From positions 92,263,830 through 92,327,829 of the forward strand of contig NC_068990.1 in assembly GCF_001194135.2 (NCBI RefSeq): DNA of 64,000 nucleotides. Reading direction: 5' to 3'. The position numbers and the translations under genes were made by a program. The notes beneath the pieces were generated by a model. That model ran no database searches and was not told the origin of the DNA. It saw only the letters and a program-made list of their open reading frames with translations. Of this stretch, positions 1 through 12,594 are shown piece by piece; within the stretch, counting starts at the first letter, position 1, and the number at the start of each line of letters is the position of its first letter. Source of the stretch: Octopus bimaculoides. Taxonomy: Eukaryota.

Positions 1-101
1 TGTGAATTAGAGATGGTAGTGGTAGTGGTGGTGGTGGTGGTCGATGTTGTCCTATGTCATAGATACGGTAGTGGTGAAAGTGGTAATCGTAATGATGGCG
101 G

Positions 102-151
<50 letters not shown>

Positions 152-756
152 TCTGAGAAGAACCAGCTTCTGAGTCACACACATTTGTGTATATCGGTAT
201 GCTTCTCTGTGTGTGTGTGTGTGTGTGTGTGTTTGCCTGTGTGGGTGAAGTGTGTGCAGCTATGTAAGCATATTATAGTTGTATGTGGATGTGCATGTGT
301 GTCTGTAGAGTTTTTTGTAAGCTTGTTTGTGTGTGCGTGTATGTGTCTGCATGTGCTGATGGGTTTGTTTGCCTGTGAGAGAGAAGCGTGTAGTTGCGTG
401 TGCAGACAATATTTGTACGTGGATGCGCTTGTGTGTGATTGTGTGTCATATCAATTTCTATCAGACAGACAAAAACTAGTGGAACGGGGCAGTCTGTTGA
501 ATTGCTGCTGCTGCTGCACCCGACCAGGTCGCTTTGAACAGCAGACTCGTGGAGAGAGAGGCAGTCAATCGAAGAGATGGACTGATAGTCAAATACAGAG
601 AGAGACAAGACAGAGGCTGTCAGATAGACAACGACATTGAGGTAGGCAGGCAACAGCTAGGCATCTCGACAAATTATGTAATACACACACACACACACAT
701 ATATATATACGCACACACATGAATGTGTGTATAANNNNNNNNNNNNNNNNNNNNNN

Positions 757-802
<46 letters not shown>

Positions 803-906
803 TCCACACACACACAGGTATATATACACACACACACATACACATATATATAGACATATATATATATACACACACACCCCACACATATATGTACATATAT
901 ATATAG

Positions 907-949
<43 letters not shown>

Positions 950-1019
950 CGCACACACATGAATGTGTGTATAAGTGTATGTCAGTGTGCCTGCTTCAAT
1001 GTGTATGTATGCATATATG

Positions 1020-1070
<51 letters not shown>

Positions 1071-1110
1071 ATTGTGTATGTATGTATATATATGTATGTG
1101 TGCATATATG
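1..1110. repeat. Compound microsatellite block (GGT)n/(GA)n/(TG)n/(CA)n/(TA)n around an N-gap
   Basis: Simple repeats seen directly. The ORFs here (ERER, VCVC, YIYI) are repeat translations. Confidence 0.95.
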
Positions 1111-1414
1111 TATAATTGTGTTGGTGTTAGGTAAAACATTATATAGTACAAGCCCTACACTTTTAAAAAACCCAAAGATTCATATGTAGTAGTACTGCAA
1201 ACATACTTAACGTAGTGTGCCAAGGCATTTTAATTCACCCTTTAACTATGAAATTAAATTTCATGTTTTTCCTAGTGTTAAATATCTACCAAAAAGCACA
1301 ACTGGTAATTTCTGCATGTCAGGCTGACTCAATAAATTTGACATATCTCAACAAAGTATATCTTCAAAACATGACATTTTTCAGCAAAAGATAAATTGGT
1401 ATATAAACCTGCAT

Positions 1415-1466
1415 TCTGCAGTGGATATATCTGATTTCTGCAGTGGATATATCTGATTTCTGCAGT
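1415..1466. repeat. 22-bp tandem duplication (TCTGCAGTGGATATATCTGATT x2 plus partial)
   Basis: Exact direct repeat seen in the sequence. Confidence 0.9.
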
Positions 1467-2029
1467 TAAAGTTTAGATTTCCATTCCACAAGTAAAGTGG
1501 TATTAAAAATTATCCGTAAGATTAATTCTGGTCCAGGAAGACAAGTGAGATATCTGTGAAATTAAAATTTTAAAACAAAAACTATGGAATGCAATGGCGA
1601 CTGAGTGTGATCTTTAACCAGTGATAGAAATGAGGGGCTGATGCTGGGAGAACAACATTTTGCTAGTCTTCAGTTCACCAGGAGGGGCTTATGGTACCCC
1701 TTCTTCCCAATCTCAGTCTCACAGAAATTAGTGTACCCCTAGTTCATAAAATCCATTTCCATTGCTGTCTTTAGCAGTATGGTGACAACTCTGGATGATG
1801 CTAAAATCTTATTAGGATTCCTCAACAATGTCTAGTGTTACGGGTACCATTCCCTCTAAGCTGGGTACATGCACATACATTTTGTAACCAATTCGCAGAA
1901 AAAATTAATGTCTGCATAACAAAACACTGAATTACTATGTGTTCAAAAGGTTACTTCTTAACAATAACATGGAAATTTTAAAATGTTTCTGATATAGGAA
2001 CAAAGCCAATTTTGAGGGGAGGGGATTAC

Positions 2030-2160
2030 ATCAATCTGCATTACTTGACTGCTACTTCATTCTATTGATCCTGAGGGGAGGAAAAGCAAAAATTGACCTT
2101 GGTGGAATTTGAACTCAGAACGTAAGAGCACATTCATTCTGACACTAACAATTCTACTAA
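2030..2160 (-). mobile_element. Degenerate tRNA-headed SINE, family B
   Basis: Reverse complement of the head/body (GGAATTTGAACTCAGAACGT) shared with the copies at 16568, 21005, 23085 and 28715. Confidence 0.6.
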
Positions 2161-2430
2161 TGCTACTCCTGTAATAATTATATCTCTCTTCTACAGCAAC
2201 ACAGCTGATTCTGTTACTCTATCATACTTTAGCCTCCCATCACCTGGTGTCATGTCACCTTCCTCAATACTACATCCTTCTCAGTTGAAGGGTCCTGTCT
2301 TGCAAGTTGCTTGGTGACCTCACTAGTGCTGGTGCCACATAGAATGCACCCTGTACACTCAATGAAATAGTCAGTATTAAGAAGTGCATCCAGCCATAGA
2401 AACTACGGCAGCGGCAGCGACGACGATGAC

Positions 2431-2558
2431 GAAAAATACCTTAGGAATGAGAACCCAGGTTCAAAATTTTCCCAGGTCTGGAGGGTATATCAGCTGAAAC
2501 ATGTTAACAACAAACAGGTTGAGGACAAATATCCGTCAAATGTAAATAACGTAAATAA
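2431..2558 (+). mobile_element. Penelope-like terminal fragment with the hammerhead core deleted
   Basis: Same family as 32290-32432, but the segment carrying CTGATGA is missing (CCCAGGTCTGGAGGG here, CCCAAGACACCTGATGAAGGCTGGAGGG there). Confidence 0.6.
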
Positions 2559-3152
2559 TGAACATGAATGTACGTTGATGTCTATTTCATGTATATTCCA
2601 TGCTCATTGGAATATTCCATGTATATTCCATGCTCATCAACACTAAAGCCACGTGATACCAATGTTGACATTTATAACTGGCCGCTCTGCACTTTCAAAG
2701 AGCTGTGGGATAAAGATATCTCTTAAAACCGGGAAGGGTTGACAACAGGAAGTGCATCCAACTGTACAATCTTTCTTTAAACAATAGTCCATCCAAACCC
2801 ACAGTAACAAAAAAACAAACAAACATTAAATGACTAGCTGTACATTTTATGTTATATGAAATAAGGAGTCTTTTTCACTCAAGGTCTAGGATTTGAATAA
2901 CATCATTGAAATCAAAAGTGTTGAAGACTTCACTGAAAATTAATAGTTAATGGAATAATTTATAAAAACAAACAAATAGTAATTGAATTTCAATGATTTA
3001 ATATTGATTGAAAAGTGAAATATAACTTCTACTGAATAAAAAAGTGTTTGTCATTAGAACAAATGTGCTTGTTGAGAGATTGTTGGCAAAGATAAAGAAA
3101 GAAAACAAAACTTGTTATTTAATAACAACGATGATGATGATGACAACGATGG

Positions 3153-3184
<32 letters not shown>

Positions 3185-3861
3185 ATTTATTTTATATATT
3201 GTTACTGGAAACCATTAGTAGTTAATAAAGGATGATGATGATGGTGATGATGATGATGATGATGACTATGATAAAGAGAATGGTAATATTGAATGTTGAG
3301 ATTTTCACATTTGCACTCAATGAATCGCAGGTTATTGTGCCTTCCTTTGAGAAATTAATGAAGGGTTTGGTTGCAAATTATATCAGTTTGCTTCAATGTA
3401 TTATTATTAAAAAAAAAAAAGGAAACGAAAACAAGGAAAAGTCTGCAAACAAAAAGTTAAATCTTTTAGTTATAATAGGAGAAAATGTATGCACATTTTG
3501 CATATGTGTGCGTGTGTGCGCATGTGTGTGTGTGTGTGTGCATGTGTGTATTTGTATGCATGTGTCAGGGAAGGGCCAAATAACTGATGTGTCAAAGAAA
3601 CATGCCTTAAGATATTCCGTCTGCCAAATTACATCCCTTTTAGAAGACTTAGACAATCAACAGAGATCGATAAATAAATACTAATCTATTTAATGGGATC
3701 AATAAAATTGATTAAAATTCTTGAAAGATGTGCCCCAGCATGGCCATATACCAATGACTGAGACCAGTACAAATATAATAGTATGATATACAGAAATAAA
3801 ATATTTATTTATTTTTAATCTGACTCAATTTCATTAATGCAGTCAATAGTTTGATGTACTG

Positions 3862-4160
3862 TGTCCAATGAAATATATCAGTCAGTGAATGTCCAGCCTT
3901 ATTGTGGTATAAATGTCCAGTGGTATGAAATCAATCAGTGTCTATATCAGCCTTACTGATATATTGTTCAGTGGTATGAAATCAATGTCCAGGCTTTATG
4001 ATCCATTGTGTCCAGAGGTATATACCAGAAAATGACAAACCTTATTGATTGTTTATGTCCAGTGATATATATCAATCAGTGCTCAGGCGTATTGATCAAT
4101 TGTATCCAGAGGTATAGATCAGAAAACGATGAACCTTATCGACCTATTGTGTCCAGAAGA
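3862..4160. repeat. Degenerate ~47-bp minisatellite with a ~94-bp higher-order period
   Basis: TGTCCAG-like anchors at about 3862, 3914, 3965, 4009, 4056, 4103 and 4150. Units at 4009/4103 and 3965/4056 resemble each other. Confidence 0.65.
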
Positions 4161-6021
4161 AATAGTACCTGCTCTGGATTAACAGATGAACTGAGCTGTA
4201 TAAAGTGAAGTCTGCTCTCTAGAGACAAAACCCGATCCTCCAGGATCTTAAGTGATGAATTACAATACAAAATAGTTGACAATACAGAATAAGTTAAGTA
4301 AAATGACCAAACTGAAGTCTAGATCTTGAACATGATGTAACAAAAAACCTCCCACCACAAGCTTAACTTCACTGGAACCACATCGATGACCGTGTAAAAT
4401 ATAAGAGGCTTTCCTGCTGTATCTTGCACATTACACTCAACCACTCCAAGACTTTAATCACCATTTTACAACATTCACAAAAATTCCTTATTTGCAATTA
4501 TATAATAAATAAACAAATATTTCAATTCCAGATTTTTTTTTTCCCTGAAATTCTCTTCTATTTCCTGATATTTTATTTCATTCCCTGCAATCAGTTAGAA
4601 TACACAAAAAATAAATTATGTCTGTTTCAATGAACTTTTAAGACGCATTAAAAGCTTCATTTAATTTGTGGATAATGAAAGCATTTTTTTCCCCATTCCA
4701 TTTTATATTGTCAAGTCTTTAGTGAAAGAATGGTTGACCTTTCTGATTCTTCTGTACAGTGACAACAATTACAGTTGTACAATTATAACTAACCTCATAT
4801 GAAGTAATCAGAACTGCCTCAATGGTTCACCATCATCTTCTGCAGTCTGCTGGCCTCTACACACGTTTCCATGAACTGCACACAACTGGCAATTAATACA
4901 ATGTGTGTGTGTGTATGTGTGTGCACACGTATGTGTGTGCATGTGAGTACATGTTTAAATCTAAATTTGTGCAAGCGCATATGTATGTAAGAGTGTACGT
5001 CAGTATTTACTTTGTTGTATAGGTTCACGTAGATGTGTTTGCGTGTGTTAGTGAATGTATTTCTGTTTAAGTAGCTCTATGTATGTGAATCAGAGTAAGT
5101 ATAAATCTGTATTTGAGTGAAAGTGTCAGGTCGGTGCATAATTATTGCAACTTTTTTGCAATAAATTTTTTTCAACAAAAAATTTAAACAAAACACCAAT
5201 TTAAACAAAATGCCAAGTAGAAATAGAAGTAGATGGTGAATATGCTCCGGAATAATCATTTAAAGATCATCATCATCATCATCGTTTAATGTCCGCTTTC
5301 CAACAATGATGATGATGATGATGATGAGTTCTTTTATTAGCCTGTTTTGAACCAAAGACCAGAGGATCAAAGCTGGTGGCACCTCTTTGGTCATAACTGC
5401 CAAATTACAAGTAACAAGGAGTGAAAAAGCAATAAATACTAAGGATAACAGAATATTCAGATCAGAATTTTAGAGGGAAAATGTACTGCTGGTTTATTTG
5501 ATTGGTACTCTGTTTTATCAAGAATTCTATTGATTGAGTGACTGGTTGATGAATTCATTTAGTGATTGATTAAACTAACTCACTGATTGATTGACTCACT
5601 GCTGGATTGATTGATTGATTGTCAGGCTACCTCAACAACTGATTAAGAAGTTGACTGACTGAATGAATAATTAATTGTTTGACTGACTGATAATACGGTA
5701 GGAATCTTTGAACAGCATCGCAGTTAAAACTGTTTCTTCTACAAAAGAACAGCTCCTTCATGAGTTACAAGAGACAGAAAGCCGCCATATTAGAAAATAC
5801 CTGATGTCTTACTCGTCATTATATGACTAACACGTTACCAGTGTTTTTTTTTTTTTATCAGATGGATGATCTCACATACACATATACATACACATATACA
5901 TACACTTACATAAACCCAACCCATGTGCACAGAGAGACATACACAACTACTGCATACAAAAATGTATATAAACACATATATATACACATGCATAACACAT
6001 GCATCTTCACAGATACATATG

Positions 6022-6118
<97 letters not shown>

Positions 6119-6727
6119 TGAGATAGAGAGACAGAGAGATAGATAGATAGATAGATACCTATACATACACACATACACACACTTATATATGTATGTATAT
6201 ATGTGTGTATGCATATGTATGAGTGTGAGAGTATGTGTGTGTATGTATGTATGTATAAGCCAGTATACATGTCAACAAGTACGCATCTACTTTCACACGC
6301 TTATAAACGCATCTACCCTTGCATGTACACACAATTGCATCTATCCATCCATTCAACCAAACATACATACATACGTATAGAACCACATTTGCCCTCAAAC
6401 ATGAATCTACTGAGAGAGACAGCAAGGGATTTAATACAAACTCTCACTCTCATAGATACACACTCACCCAACAGTAGCAGCAGCATGTACACTCATATAT
6501 ACACACACACATACTCTTGCAGTAGCATACATACACATGGATCAGGTGCAGAAGAGAGTGGCATGTATATTCACGTGTGTACACACACATGCACGCACTC
6601 ATACACACACGCAAACACCCACATACACACACTCACTGTGAATGACTTCTGCTCAATGAACTAGAATAAATTTAAGAGAGAGAGGGAGGAGAGAAAGAGG
6701 TAGAGAAAGTCAAAGGGAAGAGAGGAA

Positions 6728-6777
6728 GGTAGATAGATAGACAGATAGGTAGATAGACAGATAGATAGATAGATAGG

Positions 6778-6812
<35 letters not shown>

Positions 6813-6918
6813 GTAGGTAGATAGATAGATAGATAGATAGGTAGGTAGATAGATAGATAGATAGATAGGCAGAGAGGTAGATAGATAGATAGATAGATNN
6901 NNNNNNNNGGCAGAGAGG

Positions 6919-6992
<74 letters not shown>

Positions 6993-7019
6993 TACAGACA
7001 GGCATACAGACAGACAGAC

Positions 7020-7057
<38 letters not shown>

Positions 7058-7058
7058 G
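6728..7058. repeat. (GATA)n/(GACA)n tetranucleotide array (another at about 6063-6160)
   Basis: Simple repeats seen directly. Confidence 0.95.
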
Positions 7059-7305
7059 GAGAGAAAGAGAGAGAGAGTAACAGAGGGGAGAAAGAGAGAA
7101 AGACAGGGAAAGAAAGAGAAAGGTGGATAGGTGAGAAGGAGAGAAAGATAAAGAGACAGAGGTAGGGATAGAGAGGAAGACAGAGAGAAAAAAAGGGAAG
7201 GAACAGAAACAGAGTGGGGGAAAAGAGAGAGAAAGACAGAAGGAAAGAATGAGAAAGACAGAGGACAGAGAGAGAGATGGGGGGGAGGTCTCTTGAGAGG
7301 AATAC

Positions 7306-7406
7306 CTCGTTAATGTGATGTAGCCAGTCTGCTTGTCTGCAAGTGGCAAGTCAAGATATTTCCTACTGATATTGCCCTCCAAGAAACGGCGAATAATCTC
7401 CAAATT
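7306..7406 (-). CDS. Candidate isolated internal coding exon ([34 protein letters not shown]); product unknown
   Basis: Acceptor TTTTATTTAG, 101-nt open frame, donor GAG|GTATTC. Weak by-eye resemblance to the cadherin-repeat motif GN...D..TG.I.L.R. No partner exon confirmed. Confidence 0.3.
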
Positions 7407-8721
7407 CTAAATAAAACGACTCCTGCTAGATTCACAGAACTATTTTGATCAATACTATTCAGTACAGCCTCGTAAGAAATGAGGGTTGAAGCTATTTGTA
7501 ATGGCAAGTGGAGGAGAGGATGTCGGGTTTATTTCTTTTCTCCATACATCTGCACAGATTTCGTCTGCTTTTGGAATCTATTTACATACAACGTTCTCCT
7601 TCCTCCTCCCTTCCCCCCTCTCTCTGCACATACATAAATACACACACACACACACACATATATAAATGATATATGTGTACATACATATGCGGTGGTGCTC
7701 CAGCATGACCGCAGCCGCATGGCTAAAACAAATTATACAGAATGCATACGTAGAGAGACAGAGACACAAGTTTGGTAGTGTGGTTAAGAAGTTCTCTTCA
7801 CAACCACGTGATTCCGAGTTCAGTTCCACTCAGTGACACCTTGAGCTAATGTCTTTTATGATAAGCAGACATCGACTAATGCTTCGTGAATGACCGTGAA
7901 AGAATGTGTGTGCGTGCGTGTGTGTGTGGGGGGNNNNNNNNNNNNNNNNNNNNNNNNNNNNNNNNNNNNNNNNNNNNNNNNNNNNNNNNNNNNNNNNNNN
8001 NNNNNNNNNNNNNNNNNNNNNNNNNNNNNNNNNNNNNNNNNNNNNNNNNNNNNNNNNNNNNNNNNNNNNNNNNNNNNNNNNNNNNNNNNNNNNNNNNNNN
8101 NNNNNNNNNNNNNNNNNNNNNNNNNNNNNNNNNNNNNNNNNNNNNNNNNNNNNNNNNNNNNNNNNNNNNNNNNNNNNNNNNNNNNNNNNNNNNNNNNNNN
8201 NNNNNNNNNNNNNNNNNNNNNNNNNNNNNNNNNNNNNNNNNNNNNNNNNNNNNNNNNNNNNNNNNNNNNNNNNNNNNNNNNNNNNNNNNNNNNNNNNNNN
8301 NNNNNNNNNNNNNNNNNNNNNNNNNNNNNNNNNNNNNNNNNNNNNNNNNNNNNNNNNNNNNNNNNNNNNNNNNNNNNNNNNNNNNNNNNNNNNNNNNNNN
8401 NNNNNNNNNNNNNNNNNNNNNNNNNNNNNNNNNNNNNNNNNNNNNNNNNNNNNNNNNNNNNNNNNNNNNNNNNNNNNNNNNNNNNNNNNNNNNNNNNNNN
8501 NNNNNNNNNNNNNNNNNNNNNNNNNNNNNNNNNNNNNNNNNNNNNNNNNNNNNNNNNNNNNNNNNNNNNNNNNNNNNNNNNNNNNNNNNNNNNNNNNNNN
8601 NNNNNNNNNNNNNNNNNNNNNNNNNNNNNNNNNNNNNNNNNTATATATAATACAAATAATAAATGAGTATATGCATATATACGTACATATATGTACATAC
8701 CTACATCTACATGTATATATA

Positions 8722-8979
8722 GATGCATATCTGGGTGCAGGACGTTGCAAGAAAACGTGGACAAAATGATAAACGGAGTACAGAAAACATAGATCCCTCA
8801 AATACCAGAGGTAGAGTAATATGCTTTATTAAAAAGCAGCAGAAATATAACAAAAGCTGTTACTCAGAGTTTCACGTTCCCGTTCGTCAGACAGTTTTGT
8901 TAGAAAAACTGTCCAACGAACGGGAACGTGAAACTCTGAGTAACAGTTTTTGTGATATTTCTGCTGCTTATTAATAAAG
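8722..8979. mobile_element. Penelope-like element terminus with inverted terminal duplication (75-bp arms 8824-8898 and 8905-8979)
   Basis: Arms match at 70/75 nt with a 6-nt loop. The leading GCATAT.TGGGT.CAGGAC segment is shared with 36607. Contains a hammerhead motif. Confidence 0.7.
8852..8898 (-). ncRNA. Type I hammerhead ribozyme, intact core
   Basis: Minus strand: stem I CTGT/ACAG, core CUGACGA, stem II ACG-GGAA-CGU (GNRA loop), GAAA, stem III ACU-CUG-AGU, cleavage triplet GUA (cut between 8861 and 8860). Confidence 0.7.
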
Positions 8980-8994
8980 TATATGTATGTATGT

Positions 8995-9180
8995 TTGTTT
9001 GTTTAGGTCCTCATAACCTAGCGCTTCGCCAAAAGATACCGATAGAAAAAGTAACAGGCTTTAAAAGATAAAAAAAGTAGTGGGGTCGATTCGCTCGACT
9101 AAAACCCTTCAAGGCGGTGCTCCAGCATGGCCGAAGTCTAATGACTGAAACAAAAGAAATAAAGGAAATATACATGAAAT
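8995..9180 (+). mobile_element. SINE family A, 3' part
   Basis: Matches the 3' half of 48291-48790 (GGGGTCGAT...AAGGCGGTGCTCCAGCATGGCC...ATGACTGAAACAA) with an A-rich tail. Confidence 0.8.
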
Positions 9181-9347
9181 AGAGAAAAGGGAAAACATAG
9201 AAAATAGATGAGCGGGGGGTGGGGGAGAAGCAAATATAATTCAAGAGAAAGTGAAAGAGAAAAATGCAAATACTTAAAGTTAAGCCAAATCTAGATTATC
9301 TATAGTTGTGCTTGTTGATATTATTGCATTATATTCGATTCTGAAAG

Positions 9348-9587
9348 TTAGTGAAATATTTCAGTGAGCGATTGGCAGAAAATCCTCTCAGGAAACTACT
9401 GAAATCTAGCGTAAGATAATATCTGATTGTATTGAAGCAGCAAAGATTTCCAGTAGATTTAAAATGTCCACTGATGTATTCAGCTGTAAATAATATTTTT
9501 TTTTTCTTTTTAATTTTGCAGAATATAGGGGCGGAGTTTTGGAATAACTATCTCTACTTCATGAGGAAGATTAGGGCAAAGAGCTAG
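9348..9587 (+). CDS. Candidate two-exon C-terminal fragment (9348-9410 + 9522-9587): LVKYFSERLAENPLRKLLKSS/NIGAEFWNNYLYFMRKIRAKS*
   Basis: Donor AGC|GTAAGA, 111-nt intron with a strong polypyrimidine acceptor (TTTTAATTTTGCAG), phase-compatible frames ending in TAG. No recognisable domain. Confidence 0.25.
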
Positions 9588-10517
9588 GAATCTCCTTTTC
9601 TTTTGTCTTTACCTTTTTTATAATTTTTTAGTATTCTTGTATATTGAACGGAAATTACGGTCCTCAAAGATTCCCCCCACCAAAAAAAAATTTTTCATTT
9701 TTTTAATATTTTGCTCTCCCAATTCTGTGTCCTTTTTCACCATGAGGTATTGATAGCTACTTCAAAACTTCATTTTAAGTGTGTATTAAGATTTTATTAA
9801 GAAATTATACGGTTAATTTCTTCAATTAAAATCGATTTCATCTTGAAAACTTACTGTGCACACATTTCTTTTACCTTCGTACGCTAATTGTAAAAAATGT
9901 GTACGCCCACATCTACGGGGTCGACTTTTCGGGGGTCTCTGAAATAAGTACCAGTCAAATAATGAGGTCAATGAAATCAATTAGTCACCTGCATTAAAAT
10001 TCCAGGCTTTGCGCGTATAGTGGAAAGGAATATTTATCATCGTCACTGGAGTTACTAGTAAAAGCGTGTATTTTATGAGGTCGTGGGTTTCAGGAAAAAT
10101 ATCGGATTTCTTTGAAATTGAATGCTTTTCTTTGTTGTATGAGTTACGTAAGAAGGTGAGGAGTATTTCCAATTGTTTTCTCCTCCACAAATAGAAAAAT
10201 AAAGTAACACTCGCTCAGGCAAACACGTTTGCTGAAATAAACAGGTGGCATCGTCTTTCTTGCGGCCGAGGAAAAGAGCGCGTTGCTCCTTGGTCTGACT
10301 GACACAAAAGAAGAAGAGACAGGAACTGTTCTCTATTATGTAGACTATGGTCGGTAATGTAGGTCAAACCCTAAACAAAAAACTGACCTTTCCTTGACCA
10401 GTACAGGTCCTAGGGAGTCGAGTGTTTCCTCATCAATCATCTGGTGTGGAGAGGATTTCCCTCTCGCCCTGACAAGCAACAAGCAGGTAGACCTGGGCCC
10501 CAAATCTCAGACAGGGT

Positions 10518-10655
10518 CAAGCTAGACCCCTACAAATATATCGAAAGACGAAATGGGAAGAAAGAGAGAAGTTTTATAAACCCACAAAAGAGCAGTTGGA
10601 AGACGTTCCAAGAGCGAAGTATGGAATGATATTTAAATCCATTAAACTTGGTTAA
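10518..10655 (+). pseudogene. Decayed LINE (RTE-like) AP-endonuclease remnant
   Basis: Frameshifted translation QA..PTNISKDE/EEREKFY...EQLEDVP resembles the APE motif YAPT...EEKE.FY..L...L..VP. Confidence 0.45.
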
Positions 10656-12594
10656 GACATACAGAAGCATGGACCGAGTCTTTAGGACCGAAGACAAGAG
10701 GACTAGGGGCGGAGGACCATCTTTAGTCATGTTTCTTTCTATTCAGATTTCAATCCCAGTGATGTCAACGTTGCTCGTACTTCTTGTGGAATCAATAGAA
10801 TAAATACCAGTTACACATCAACTAAGTTTTATCGTCTATACATTATACATAACCCACTTGGTCCATAATTAGAAGTTCTCTGAGAAAGGAATCTGTTTCT
10901 CTAATTTGTTCATATTTTCTGAGAATATTCTGGATGTTTTTTTTTTGATTTTTTGTAATTTATGTTTTCTTGTCTGTAATCTCCAGTTTCTCTTCTGTTT
11001 GTTTATTGAAAATGTAGGACTTGCATATATATTTGGGGAATTTGAAAGAAGAAAAACATTCTTATAAAACATGAAAGTACTTTAAACATCCATAACTAAA
11101 TAACTCTCGTTTCCCTACCACCATTACTATTAAAAACATGCAAGTCTCACTGAATATAAATAAATACACACAGAATATATACACTGTTACACGCGCGCGC
11201 GCACACACACACACATGCATATCATATAAATCAATATAAATAAACATGTATAACTAACTACATCATCTCCATCACTAGATTGCCAATTGCCTGCAATGCT
11301 GTAGGAAAATTATTTTTCCATAAATATCATTTTTCTTTCTTTTTAATAAGTTGTAAAGAAAGCAAAAAATAAAGATACTTCGCCTTCGGGGATTAAAAAT
11401 CCCAGTTAAATACAAAACAGAACGAGAAAGAACGTGATGAAATAAATATATAATCGTGATTTAGAATTTTTTTTAACGCAAAATATTATTCACAGCCAAA
11501 TTTAAACGTAATTTATTTGCGCAAAAATATGAGGCGTATATTTTTCTAGTTCGCTTTTCGTTAAATCTACATTACTCGTTTTACCAAACGGAATCCACTG
11601 AAGATTTGGTAGAAGACATTTTCCGAAAGAACCGCGCACAGAGATCGAACCCCAAACCAATACTTATTCTATTGGACTCTCTGCAGAACCACTAAGTTAC
11701 GGGGATGTAAACAAACCAACACTTGTGAAACAGTGAGCAACAAATACGAAAACAAAGACACACATATGCGCATATTAAAACAAAAACTGGAATTTATGCT
11801 ATCATCTTTAACTCTGTAGTCACAGTTGTTTCAATACAACACGGGAAATCCATTTCATCTTATAACAATTTCGCTTGTTCCTTCGTTACTAAGCTCGTCC
11901 GCAACACTTTCACGTGATTAGTTGGAGGGAAAGGTGAAGAGTGAGAGAAAAAGAGGGAGAAAGAAAAAGAAAGAGAAAAAGAGGGTAAGGCGATGAGTGA
12001 GAGGAAGAGGAGAGTGCTGAGTATTAAGTCTATAAAATTGTGCATGAAGTATATAAAGTAATCATTGTATTCCAATTTCCTTCACTTTTCAATGATTAGT
12101 AGATGAGTGACTACCTTTCCATAGAGACACAACACAGGCTACGGTTTCAGGTTTTTTGGATAAAGTTTTCAGAGATAACCCAATAAGTTTACCATTAATT
12201 CCGTGAAATATTCATGGGTCCCGCTCGTAAGCATAAATATAATAAATATATTTTATAATATATATATCGCAGACCTATATATATATATATATATATATAT
12301 AAATATATAAATATATATGTATATATATACACACACACATATATACATACGCGCGCGTGCGTACGTGCGTGCATACGCGTGTGTTTACTCACAAACGCAC
12401 TCATATATACGACGGACTTCAGCATAGTTTTTCTTTATTATTTATCTTTAATCTTCCTCCCTAACTGAAATACTGACCACACACAGAGAATATTTTCATG
12501 AACAATTTGGCAAGCTGATTCTCTGCTTCACCAGTAACTTCAACAGCGACACCAGTTATTCCCATTGCTTATTTTATGGTGGGAAAAAAAAAAA

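Noticed and set aside
44-1189. Long ORFs (up to 198 aa) at the window start, and similar ORFs at 5823-7403, 22494-22947, 29426-30589, 51648-52347, 54259-54833 and 62904-63903
   Set aside because: They are translations of di- and tetranucleotide microsatellites or N-gaps, with no domain content.
1408-1553. AG/GT-bounded minus-strand segment (YLTCLPGPELILRIIFNTTLLVEWKSKL*), and similar ones near 4165-4215 and 4810-4880
   Set aside because: Stops in all frames or weak splice sites. A phase-compatible chain with the 7306 exon can be built but is expected by chance in AT-rich DNA.
5720-5830. Plus-strand open stretch IAVKTVSSTKEQLLHELQETESRHIRKYLMSYSSLYD*
   Set aside because: Only a modest acceptor, no convincing donor, no homology recognised.
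7310-7507. Minus-strand ORF with LFRIWRLF resembling a voltage-sensor S4 segment
   Set aside because: It lacks the every-third-residue Arg series and has no splice support in that frame; it overlaps a better exon candidate.
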